Source of the DNA: Ramazzottius varieornatus
Taxonomy: Eukaryota > Animalia > Tardigrada
Length of the DNA stretch: 64,000 nucleotides
Direction of reading: 5' to 3'
Assembly (NCBI GenBank): GCA_001949185.1
Contig: BDGG01000005.1
Location: forward strand, 2,581,972-2,645,971
This document shows positions 38,201 to 50,200 of the stretch, piece after piece (position 1 is the first letter of the stretch; the number at the start of each line of letters is the position of its first letter). The notes beneath the pieces were generated by a model. The model saw only the letters and a program-made list of their open reading frames with translations, had not been told where the DNA came from and ran no database searches. The position numbers were made by a program, and so were the translations under genes.

Positions 38201-41200
38201 AATGCTGCGGATTAGATGTGAAGCGCGGACGATGATGAGGTATGAGGTGTTGTCAACGGCTTCGGTACGAGATGTACCTGAGGCTTGACGTGACCGGACC
38301 GATGTAGCTTGAGCTGTCGTCTAGTGTACAAGTTCTTCAAGCGTCATTTGTTTGAATTGTAAAAGTGAAGCAGTCGACTTGAGAAGGAGATATGTTGTTC
38401 AGTGTAACAGCTACGAGCCATGATGGAAGGAAGTGAGTGGCCATCGGAGCGTAACGAATTATCGTTTTATGCCTTTGCACGCCGTCCATCGTCGTGCTGT
38501 CTCACCTGATGATCACTTGAGCAGCTTTTGGTCAAACGCCTTGTTTCTTCTGTAAAGTATTCATAACGGATTCTTTTGCTCGCGCTCTCGTGATCGACCA
38601 TTGCCGCCGCCATTGCTAAGTATGGCGCGCGAGTCGAGGTGGATGTGTAGAACCCGACTTACTGGACAGTTCGTTCGATACGCTCTCTTCACAGTTATGA
38701 AACAGTGTCCGAAATGGCTCATTTGCATTCCCCAACATTTGATTTGTTGATTGGGGCTATTATCCTGTTTTCTCGGGGATATTGAAACTGCTGTTGCTTA
38801 TTTTTCGAATATCTGTTGAACGGAATATTAGTCGGAATATTCATATGAAAATTTGGAGATAGTTCGAAGGAAGAATACGATGTACCGGTTCATTCGTGAG
38901 AGGAAAGGAAAGGCTGATGATAATCCGTACGCGAATACGGGGAGACTTTTCGTACAAGGAAACTCAGGCACGACTTCGGATTTCCTTTCGAATTCGCCCT
39001 CTTCCTCGTCGTTCTCAGCTTTGAACTCGCCTTATTCAACCGATGGTTCGCGAAGGACAAGTTCGGGTTTCGACTCTGGGACTACCGAGTCGCGGGTGGA
39101 GGAACGGCACAAAAGCATTGTGACCATCTCTTTCGATGAATTTGACCCGAAAAGCAATGCGCGAATTCAGGACGAGACGAGCGATGCCGTGACGCGGATC
39201 TTCGTCAACGAGTCGCCGGGCTTCAAAGCGGCGAGCAGGTATAGCCAGTCGATGAAAGACCTTCGCCACCGCGAAGATGAACGAGAGCGAGCAAGAGTAC
39301 TCGAATCGGAAGTCAGCGATGTCGAAGCGGAAGAAGGAAAGAAGAAGTCGAAGCATAAGCTGGTCAAGCGCAGAAGGAATATCACCGAAGAAGAAACTGT
39401 GACGGTGTGCAGACGCATTCGACGAGTCAAAAGTGGCAGAGCGTTTGGTGAGGAACAGGAAGTTCCTCAGGGAAGCAGACTTTCTTTCCATTCCGAGGTA
39501 ACGCCTGTAAGGCACGGCTCAGGGCACGGCCTGGTATGGGAGGTCGTGATCAAGGCCGTGCCGTTAATCTTGTTAGCTTGCCTTTTTCTTCTACGGTTGT
39601 GGCACGGCCCTGTTTGGTTAGAATGGCTGTGTGGCGGTCAGGGCCGTGCCGTCTGTCAGACAGATGCTAGATCGGTTCATGAAACCTCATTAATTATCCG
39701 TGCTCTTCCACTTCGAGCGCAGTTCAAGGCTAAGCTTGTGATGCTTCTTTTGCTGAGCAAGTATTATGCAACGGCGCAGTTCTATTCTGAGACCTTCGCT
39801 CAGCCGGAAGTATTTAGGTTAATTGACAGCCTGCTGCTCAAGTGTCTAGGGGCGGCGCTGAGTTGGTCCTTTCAAGTTGGTGGGTTTATTTGATTTACGG
39901 GTTAATTTACCACGGTGATTCGATGTGACAAGTCATGCTGTCCTGCAGCGGCGGTCGCCAATGACCAACAATGGTCATTCAGACGAAGATATTCGAACGT
40001 CTGAGAAGTTATTAGTCACGGTCTGACGAGGAGGTAAATAATAATTTCCGTAACACCAGCAATGAAAAACCGCGTAATAGCGACAAACTATTTCTGTTTT
40101 TGAAGGCCTGAACATAATGGTAAATCTTATTCGTGAGATAGACTTTGTCTTGACAAAGGGAAGCTCGGCACAAAAACTCTACAAGACGGCTCTTCAACTG
40201 GCGCACGCTGTCCGCTAATGACACCGCAAACGTGCGCCACTTGAACGGGTTGCCACGAGCGCCGCTGAACAGAAGTGTTTTCCAGAGTGGCGCATGTTTT
40301 CGGTATTATCGGCTGAAGCGTGCACCACTTGGAAAACCGATCGTGTCGAATCTCAAATGGATTCTTCAATCCAGGCTTCAAAATCAAATAGTGTAAAATA
40401 GTCTGGCGATAAATGGAACGTGATGAAATCTATATTGGTTAAGAGCAGATAACGATTTGCGCGGCGGGCAAATATGCGTTACGCGAAGCGATAGATTTAA
40501 TTCAAACAAACCTGTTGATTACCTGGGGATACCAAACACGTTGTTGTCCGTTCTTCGACCAGAGAGATGCTGATGTTGAAACTGACCACTGTTTGACTGT
40601 TTCCAGGTTTCGATCGGCATTCCAGGTGGCTCCTCCGAAAGCGAGCAGCAGTTCGCCGAAGTTAACGCTCGCGAAGCCAGAAATGCCTTGCTGGTGTGGG
40701 TTCGGGATATCGTCAAGGGATACCCGGGTGTCCACGCAAAAGACTTCTCGCGAAGCTGGCGAGATGGTCTGGCCTTTAACGCGCTGTTACACCGATACCG
40801 GTACGAAGACTTCCTCATTACGATAAAACAGTGCAGATGTGAGTATTAATTTGTATTGTTTGCGTTCAATAGACCGAATATGATTGATTTCCGCGCTGCC
40901 AAACAACGAAGCAATCGTGAGAACCTGGAAATTGCCTTCGGTATTGCCGAGAGGGAGTTTGCCGTGACGCGGCTGTTGGATGCCGAAGGTATGTTGGAAT
41001 ATTGAATACTGTCGAGGCACCCTGTTGGGTGTATTCTGGGATATTGGGCTGTAAAACTGTAAAACCGTCTGTACGACTTTGGACTGTCAGGAGTGATTAA
41101 AACCGATGCTTGGTTTGTGCACAGATGTTGACACACCGGAACCGGACGACAAATCAGTCATCACCTATGTGTCCTCCCTCTATGACGCACTTAGCGTCAG

Positions 41201-44200
41201 CACACCTCAACTAGAAACGGTAAACGCAACCAGGAACACAACCACCAGGCATATGATCAGAATAATTTGAAAAATGTAAAAGAAATATATGTGGGCGCTC
41301 GGCGAAAAAACTAGACAAATTGGTTTCCAATTGGAGCACGCTTTGGAGTTGCTTCAGCCACATCCTGTTAGCCACAGTGAGCCACTAACACTTATAACGT
41401 GCGCCACTCGGGGGAAACGATCTTAATACATATTAATTGTTCTTCCAACTGGCGCACTTTCTCTGCGTTACTGGCGGCCATTGTGCGCCACTTGAAAACG
41501 ATTTTGTCGAGTTTGGGTTGCCGAGGTTTAGAATGAAGCTGGGCGGTGTGTTTCGGGTTTTCTCGTAGTACTCTCACTTCAGCATTCTCTTGACCGGTAT
41601 TCTTCTTTGCAGTTGAGGGAAGAACGGCTGAACACGTACGTCGATCAAGCTTCGGCGTTGCACACATGGATGACGACGGTGATTAGCCGGCTTCACGGAA
41701 GATACGAGTCGCCTAGTCCTCGTGATACTCAGGTAGACCTCCCTGTTACAAGAAGGCTGGTGCCTTCTGCTCTGCTTTCTCTTTCCAGATCAGCTGTTAT
41801 TTTTGGAGCGTGCGGCTGTTTTGTATACCATGCAAAAAATATAACTGACATTGGTTTTTGCAACGCTGCGTATTTTTTGCAGTCGCTTCTTGCCGAATGC
41901 GCAGTCTACAGAACGGACGAGCTTCCTCGCAAACTTGATCTGAAGAATGTCCTCAGTGAACTGTTCCACGAGCTCGAGGTAGGTTTTCCGATATGGACAC
42001 ATTTAGTGTGGAAAATGTGAGGGAATTGATTGTTTGTCGAGTAGAATTTGTACATAAACGTGCCAAGTGTCCCTGTCAAAGAGGATATCCAGCCAGCGAC
42101 GCTGGATAAGCTCTGGAAGATGTTGGTCGCCGCGATCGATCACCGTGAGGAAAAGCTGCGAGATGACCTGAGACGGTGTGAGAAGCTGCGGCCTTTGGCT
42201 GAGAAGACGCAGCGAAGCGTCGAGCAAATTAATCTCGGACTGAAGAGTCTACGAGAGCAAATGAAACAGGTAAGAACGAAACGTCTTTCAGTTTTGTTTC
42301 TCCCTTTTGTCATGAGTCAACTGGTGGTTTTTTCTTATAGGACGAGCAGCGGATTCGTTCGCTAAAGAATCCCTACGAAGCCAAGAAAATCTGTGATACG
42401 TATGATCGTGGCCTTAGAGAAATTGACATTACCATTCGCTCAACGCTGAACGACGCGATGACACTTCGCCAACAGAGATATTACGACTGCGAGACTATTT
42501 ATCGCAGGTACGAAAAATTTTTCTTTTTGCTTTTGCTCGATGTGAAATATTATATTATTTCTAATTCGATTGGGTTAATTGGGTCTGACCATCATTTTTG
42601 TCCTTGCAGTGTCCTGGAAGTGGAAAAGCGTTACGTGTCCATTCGGACACTGTACCAAGAAGGAATCATTGCTCAGGTTGCCGGGAAGACTTTCACCGCA
42701 GAAGAAAAGCTGATCACCAAGCGCACAGAACGAATCTCATCCACACGGCTAGTGGATCACCAAGAGCTGACCGAAGATGCCTCCTACAGCGACGACACGG
42801 TCTCGTCACATAGCACCGATGGCTCCTTCTACTTCTCACCACCGGTCTCCACCCTCAAGAACCCCCCAGAAAACCTCGTCGTCCAAATTTCTTCCTACAA
42901 AGACCGCGAGGTAAGCACTGACGTTCGAGACGCGCCACTTAATACGAGCCGGTTGACCCATCGGAACTCGCGCACGTAATGTGATGAAGGCTCTTCAGAC
43001 CGCGTCGCTTGACACGAGGTTTTGAACACGTTCAACTCGCGCACTTGATACGTAGAAACCCATGTAAACTGCGTCACTTTGAACACGCTGTAATTCTACC
43101 GTTTGTGTTTCGCAGAATGGACATCCGAAGGATAGATCAACAGATAGACGATCGGGTAGTTCCCTTGTTCATACAACAACCAACTGGATTCCTGAGTCCG
43201 ATCGCAACGGCGATGCCGCCGACAAGAAGCGTTCCAGAAGCCTTCTCACGTACGAACTGGGCAACGAAAGCACCTCTCGCATCGCTCCACATTCCGATGG
43301 CTCAGAATCCAAGTCTGACAAATCCACTCCAGACAAACGAATAGTCCCTGGTCGGTACTACTTCGGGGCCTCTCCAAGCGGGGACCACTTGACGGAAGAG
43401 GATTCAGTCAAAGGTCGTCGCGGATCCGAGGCTGACGCTGTGAGGAAGGTTGACGCCGCGATGTCGATTGGCGTGGGCCAGAAGGCGAACGGTACTCCTT
43501 CCTCAAACGGAGTAGCTAGTCCGACGGCCCAGAGTCAGGAAAGTAGCAGAAGGTCCAGTTTGGACGTTGAGGCCGCCCAACGGAAAGCTCGCGCCGATTC
43601 TCTCAAACGTATGGGTCCTCCCTTTAGTCTCGATTAGGCATGCGATACTGTCTTTACGTTCGCTCTACAATGTGTGTTATGTTATAGAGAAAGCAAGTCA
43701 AGTGATGGTTCAACTGGACACCTTCAACCAGGGACTGGTGGCTCTCGAGAACAAGTGCACGGAACTGAATCAGTGGATTTCCAGCTCGCAGAGGGCGCTG
43801 CATAATGGCTCGGTGGATTTCTCCAGAATCTTGTCCATTCAACAAGCCCAACAGGAACAGAACGAACTGCACAAAGGGGTTAGTTTAACCTGTTTGTTTT
43901 CCATCGAAAATGAGTGTTTGAGGTTTGGCTCTTGTAGATTTTGGCGAGGGCGGGCGAGGTGAAGGCGCTGCAGAAGGACATTGAAGAAGCCAAGAACAAC
44001 TCGAAAGGCTTGACTTCCTTGCTGAACGAGTACCGAGCTTACATGGAAGGTGCGCCTCCGCCCATCTACGCCAAGTCCAACGAACTGAACATTCTCATCA
44101 ACCAGACCTCCACCAACTACGACAAACTCTGCTCGGACGCCAGTGCGTCGCAGCAGAACCTCCAGTGCCTGACGGATCTTCTGTTAGCCTTCCAAGCTCA

Positions 44201-47200
44201 CTTGGACGAAGCAACCACGTGGATCAGCAACCACGAACGCCAGGTAAAAATTCATAAGCCAAGAAGCTAACCCTGATTCTCTTCCAGAAACAAGCGAAAA
44301 AGTCTGATGAGATATAAATCACAGCTCGACGAACAAACTCTACCAGATCGTTTTCCTCAGTGGAGCACGTTGTAAGGGTTTTTGGCCGACAGGGTGCGCC
44401 ACTTGGGCAAATGATCAGATAGAGTTTGTTTGCGAAGCTCCCAAGTTTATCAAGAATATTTTATTTTGAGAAATATGACTTGTTTATCTTCTTCCAGGTT
44501 TTCGAAGCAGAGACGTTACCGAAGGATAAAGCCGGTATCGAGCTGGCCAAGCATCGCTTCCAAGAGCTGTCTCGCCAGACAGGTGAGTTCCAGAACCAGA
44601 TGGACAGACTGGCGGCCATCGGAAACGACATTCAGATGCGAACAGGGAACAAGGCGGACCATGTCAAGGCAGATGGCGAACAAGTACAAGCGCGATGGAT
44701 CAAACTAAAGGACGCTTGCCACGATCGCATGCGGTCTTTGGACAGTGTTTCGTTCTTTCTGCATTCCTGCGAACAGATCCTGACTTACCTCGTCCAGAAA
44801 CAGAAGATGATTTCGGTGCTCGGACCGATATCCTATGATGCTGCTTTACTCGAACACCAAAAGCAACAAGTACGTAAATGGACCGTAGAAAAATGTTTAA
44901 GAGATTGAGATCAAGAAATCGATGTCGTAAAAAGTTTGGACACTTGATCCGGGAAAAAACTAAACGTCGGTGAATGAAATGAATATAATCGTTTTTTTCA
45001 GTGGCGCAGTCAAACAGTCGATAACCGTTAAAAGGTGCGCCACTTTGGGAAAGCGTTGGTTTATAGTTCGATACCGACGTCCCAGATGTAAGAAGGACTA
45101 AATAAGGAAATTTTTATTCCGTTTCCACGTTGTGTCCCCAGGGTTTGTTTTAATCGATCCATTGGCCGACACTTTGGTTTCTTCTTGCAGGTGAATGTCT
45201 TGCTGGAAGAGCTTCGCGCCCAGCGTCCGCAGATTACCAAGCTTCACGATGAGTCAGGCCATCTTCTCAGTCAGACGAAAGAGTCAGAGCGAGATAGCCT
45301 GATCGCCAAGCTGAACGCTGTGGAAGATCTGTGGACTGAGTTGGTTCATCAACTGGAAGGTCGACATCGACAGATCGAGAATGTGGCGTTCGCTTCGCAG
45401 ATCTTCGTTGAGGCCTTCCAAGTCTTGGAGGCTTGGTTGGGTAAGATCACATCGTCGTACGAGCGTTTCGTTCATGACAACGACGGGTCCGGTTCAGAGA
45501 GACAGCTGAAGGAACTGAGTGATATCGAGAACGAACTTCATGCACAGGTAAACTAAACAGAATATAATATATTGAAGAAATTAGTGTTGAACGTTGACGG
45601 TAAGTATGAAATATTCCAGGTGTATTTGGTGGGCAATACGGAGAATGCGGCAGCGACGCTCTATGAAGTCCTGGCGAACGATGTTACCGCGAGTGAGATC
45701 AACTCAAAGGTGGAGTACGCCAAGAAGCAGTATGGTGATCTGAAGAAGAGGAATGAAAGCTTGAAGAATAGCCTGGAGAACAATGTCAAACAGGTAACGC
45801 ATAATCCACCGTAGAAAAAAGCCATGACGAAACATTTACGTTTTCCGAAAGATCGGTCAGTATTACGGTCAGTATTACGGAAAGATCAGTATTACGGTCA
45901 GTATTACGGAAAGATCGGTCAGTATTACGGTTTCTCGAGCAACTCATTCTACGTTGTGATAAAGTTCGCCATATTTGGTAATTTTTAGGGTAAGGAGTTT
46001 GATCTACAATGTGAAGACATGCAAAAATGGATTTCTTCAGTCAACGTCCGAATTCGCCCTGATGTAAAAATCTCCGCTCTGCCTGACGTCCTGGACCACC
46101 AGTTACAAGCTTTCGAGGACGTGCGATCAGAGATTTTCCAAAAAGAGCCAGCTTTGAGGTCCCTCGTTGGCCATGGAAAAGAACTCTCAAGCAAAGCTCC
46201 AAGCTACCTGTCTTCGTCCATCCAAGCCCGCCTCGAAGCCGTCCAGGATGGCTGGCAAGACATCAGCAAGCGCGCTGCTGACCGAAACACCCTGCTGCAG
46301 AACTCTAAAGAACAAGTCAAGAGATACCAAGCGGCGGCCAGAGTCTTCCTGCCGTGGCTGGTGAAGGCGGAAGTGGTCGCCCGAGGCTTCACACCCGTCA
46401 GCTTCCGAAAGGTACGCGGAAGAATTTAATGGCAAAACAATATTTTTTTCCAAGTGACGAACGCAGGATAATGCAACGAGGTCGTTTTTCCAAGTGGCGC
46501 GGGCGTTCAGCCAGTAACAATGAAGACATGCGCCACTTGGGCGAACTCGACAATCTTTTTCCAGGGTGGACAATATTTTTTTCCAAGTGGCGCACGTTTT
46601 TAGCGTTATTGGTGGAAGCGTGCACCGTCTGAGAAAATGACTGGGACTTGGCTTGCAGAGCTTTCATAACGAAAATTAAAATTTGGATATTTTCGTAGGA
46701 GGAGAATGCGAAGCAGCTGGCCGAAGTTCGGGATCTACGTCAAGAAATCAATGCTCACAGTTCGGACTACGATGTCTTCCATACACAAGGCAATGCTCTA
46801 CTGGAAGTTTGTACCGCTGACATCGATGGTGTCAAGACCGGTCTGGCACATGCCGAACAGAAATGGGAAGAGATCGGCGAGGTCAGCGTCAAGCGTACGA
46901 GATCACTGGAAGACGTCAGTCATCGGCTGACCGAATACGACGACGCAATGGATACCCTTCAGGTAAAATAATCTCGTTTGATGCATACCCGCAGTGAATA
47001 GGCGTGTTGATTTTAAATTATGCTTGTAGGATGGGTTGGCGAAGTCGGAGAAGAAGCTAAAAGAAGCTGACGAGGCCGAGGCTGATCAGCGCGCGATGGA
47101 CAAGCTAACTACCCTGCAGGACGAAGTGGAAAGCATGAAGCGGCAGATCGACCTGGTGGAAGATCTCGGTCACGGTCTGCTGGCTGACGCTGGTCAAAGT

Positions 47201-50200
47201 GACGTTAGCCACATCGAGGCCGACCTCGCGTCCGTGCGAAACCGATACGATAGCTTGGAAAGCAAAATCGGCGAATCTTTGACTTTCCTCGAAGGTACGT
47301 TCGTTCTGGGCACCAGCAAACGAGACGTACAAAATCGTTATTCTAAGTGACTCACGCATTCAGCTAACAACACTGAAAACGTACGCCACTTGGACAAGCT
47401 CGACATGGATGTGTTTCCAAGTAGCGCACGCTTCCAGCCAGTACTACGGGGCGTGCGCCACTTGAGCCATCGATTTTGTGCCCTTCGTGTCCCGAGCGCC
47501 CACACGTTCTTTCATCCAAGTATCGAGACCTTTCTGGTGGTTTCAGGTGCGACGGTAGCTGTTTCCCGTTTCGTCGAGTACCTCAAGCAGACTGAGAATG
47601 TCGTTAGCGAGCTGGAAGACGAGCTAGAGAACATGGCGCCCGAAGGTAAGGACGTTGAAACGATCTTCGCTCAAATCGACGAGGTGGGCCATTTCAAGAA
47701 GAAGATTGAGGCCACCGTCGATGAAGTCCAAGACGCAGATTCAGCCCTGAACGACCTAGTCGAGAACCAGTACGCACCGAAACCCGACCAGTGGAAAGAA
47801 CAGATCGAGAACATGTTCCATCAGCTGGACGACCTCATGACAAGGGCCGACCACCGCGCCGCCGACTTGGACATCGCTAGAGAGAAGCTGGAAGACTTTC
47901 AAAGTACGCTGGCTAGTGTCATCCAGTCGCTGTCGGACGTCAGTGGCGAAGATGGCGTGAAGGACATGTCGTTGGATGGGAAAGGAAATCATATCCATGA
48001 GCAGGTGAGCAAGTTCAGGAAATTGGCTGCTGGGGTGGTTTTACTAACGTGGTTGCGTTGTAGTTCTTCCAGCGGTTGGACGGCATGTTGGCCGCTCTCA
48101 ACAGCACCGCCGACAAGCTGGCTAACTGCGAGCCCATCTCGGCCATCCCGATGAAGATCCAGAAACAGATGGCAGAGAACACGAAGTTGATTGAGGACCT
48201 GAGTAAGCGTTCGCATGCCTACGAGGCAGCCAAGCGTGCGGCCAATGACCTGGGCAAGCTGGCCACGACGCCGGATGACCAACAGGCCATGGAAGGTATC
48301 CAGAACCAACTGGCCAACTTGGACGATATGTGGATCACCATACTGAAAGACGCTGAAGACCGTGGAAGATCACTGGAGAACACGCACAGGGTGGCCGAAA
48401 GGTTCTGGGAAGACTTGAAAGACTTGACGGAGACCATCAAGGAGTTCGAGTCGGTGCTCCTTAACCAAGAACCACCTGCAATCGAAGAAAAGGTACAGTC
48501 TCCCCTCGACATATTTCCAGTACATCAAGCTTCAAATATTGAAGCATTTTTGAGAGCTCGGCAATCACATTCATCAAGATTTTCTCAAGTGGCGCATGCT
48601 TTCAGTGTTATTTGGCTGAAACGTGCGCCACTTCGGAAAGCAAACTCCGGAAGACCGTTTTTTCCTGGTGGCGCATCCTGTCGGCCATTAACAGTGTGAT
48701 CGTGCGCCACTTGGGAGAGAATCTTGGGCAAGCTGTTCGTCGAGCTTCCATAGTTGATGTTATTTTTCAAGATTTATTTTCCAGGTGATCAAGTCGCAAC
48801 AAGATACGTTGCAAGAGCTGAAAGAAGAACTCCATACATCCGTCGAGCCAGGTTACGCCCAGGTGGTGAACACCGGCCAAGAGCTGATCGGCTTCGTCGG
48901 CGAACCCGACAAGCCGGAAGTGAAGAAGTCCATCGAGGAACTGGACCATGCCTGGGGGAACATCACGCAGCTCTTTCTTCAGCGTGACACTGACCTGGTC
49001 GACGCTATGGAAAAGTCCATGGCTTTCCATCAGCTCCTCCAGTCCCTCATGGAATTTCTCGAGAAGGCCGAGGATGACTTCTCCAAGATGGGCAGTATCG
49101 GAGCGGAAACGGACACGGTGAAGGCTCAGATGGAGCAGCTTAAAGAATTCCGCGCGCAGGTAAAACTGATTCGTCCCCGAAGAAGCCTCGAATTTTGGAA
49201 TGTGGCAAAAAATCTTTCTAAAATGTCTTTCCGAAGAGTGTTTGAATTACCTTCGATTATCTTCCCAATATTTCTAAATCATTTCTGAATATTTTAGATG
49301 GAGCCTCATACGGTAGATGTGGAGTCTCTCATGGCGCAAGCCGATGAGCTTGTCATGAGGACTTCGGAAGAGCAAGCGGCTATCGTGAATGTCCCGGTGG
49401 ACGAGATCAAGCAGAGATGGGACATGCTGTGTGAAGACATGAATGAGCGGCAGTACGAACTGGAGAACCAGCTGGTGCAGCTGGGACAGTTCCGACACGC
49501 TCTGAATGAACTGGTCGCCTGGATCGTCGAGAAAGACAGCGGGCTGGACTCGTGGACCATCCCGTTCGGTGACTCGAAGATCATCGAACTGGAAATGGCC
49601 AAACACAAAGTAAGCCAAAAACACCGGAAAGAAAATCAAATAATAAGAAACAATAATTTGTTTTCAGGTCTTGCTCAACGATCTCTTTGCGAACCAGAAC
49701 AGTATCGACATCTTAAACGAAGCCGGCCAAAGAATAATCGAAGGCAGCGAAGGCGGTGAAGACGCCAAACAGACCGAGCTCTTGGTCGACGACATGAACC
49801 AGAAGTGGCAAGAGCTTCTTCAGAAGGCCGATCTCAAGCAGTCCCTCCTCGAAGAACGACTGCGCGAAGCCGAAAACTTCCAGGACGAGATCATGGACAA
49901 GCTGAACTGGCTGACCGAAAAGGACCAGCACCTCATCGCGTCGAGACCCGTCGGCGGACTGCCACAGAGCGCCAAGGACCAACTGGCCCACTTCATGGAG
50001 CTCTTCAACGAGATGGAAGCCAGCAAGCCCCAGATCGACAATATCCTCAAAAGAGGGAGCGAGTATCTGGAGAGTGCTCCGGAAAACACATCGGTCAGCT
50101 TGGACCACAACCTGAAGACGCTGAAACATCGATGGGACGCCGCCATCACCAAAGCAAACGATCGCAAGGTAAGCTGGTGATGGTTTACAGGTACCTGCAT

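Noticed and set aside
38853-39893. 346-aa ORF as a standalone membrane-protein gene
   Set aside because: The coding-like part ends at a good phase-0 donor (39497); the remainder reads through an inverted-repeat element and intron-like sequence.
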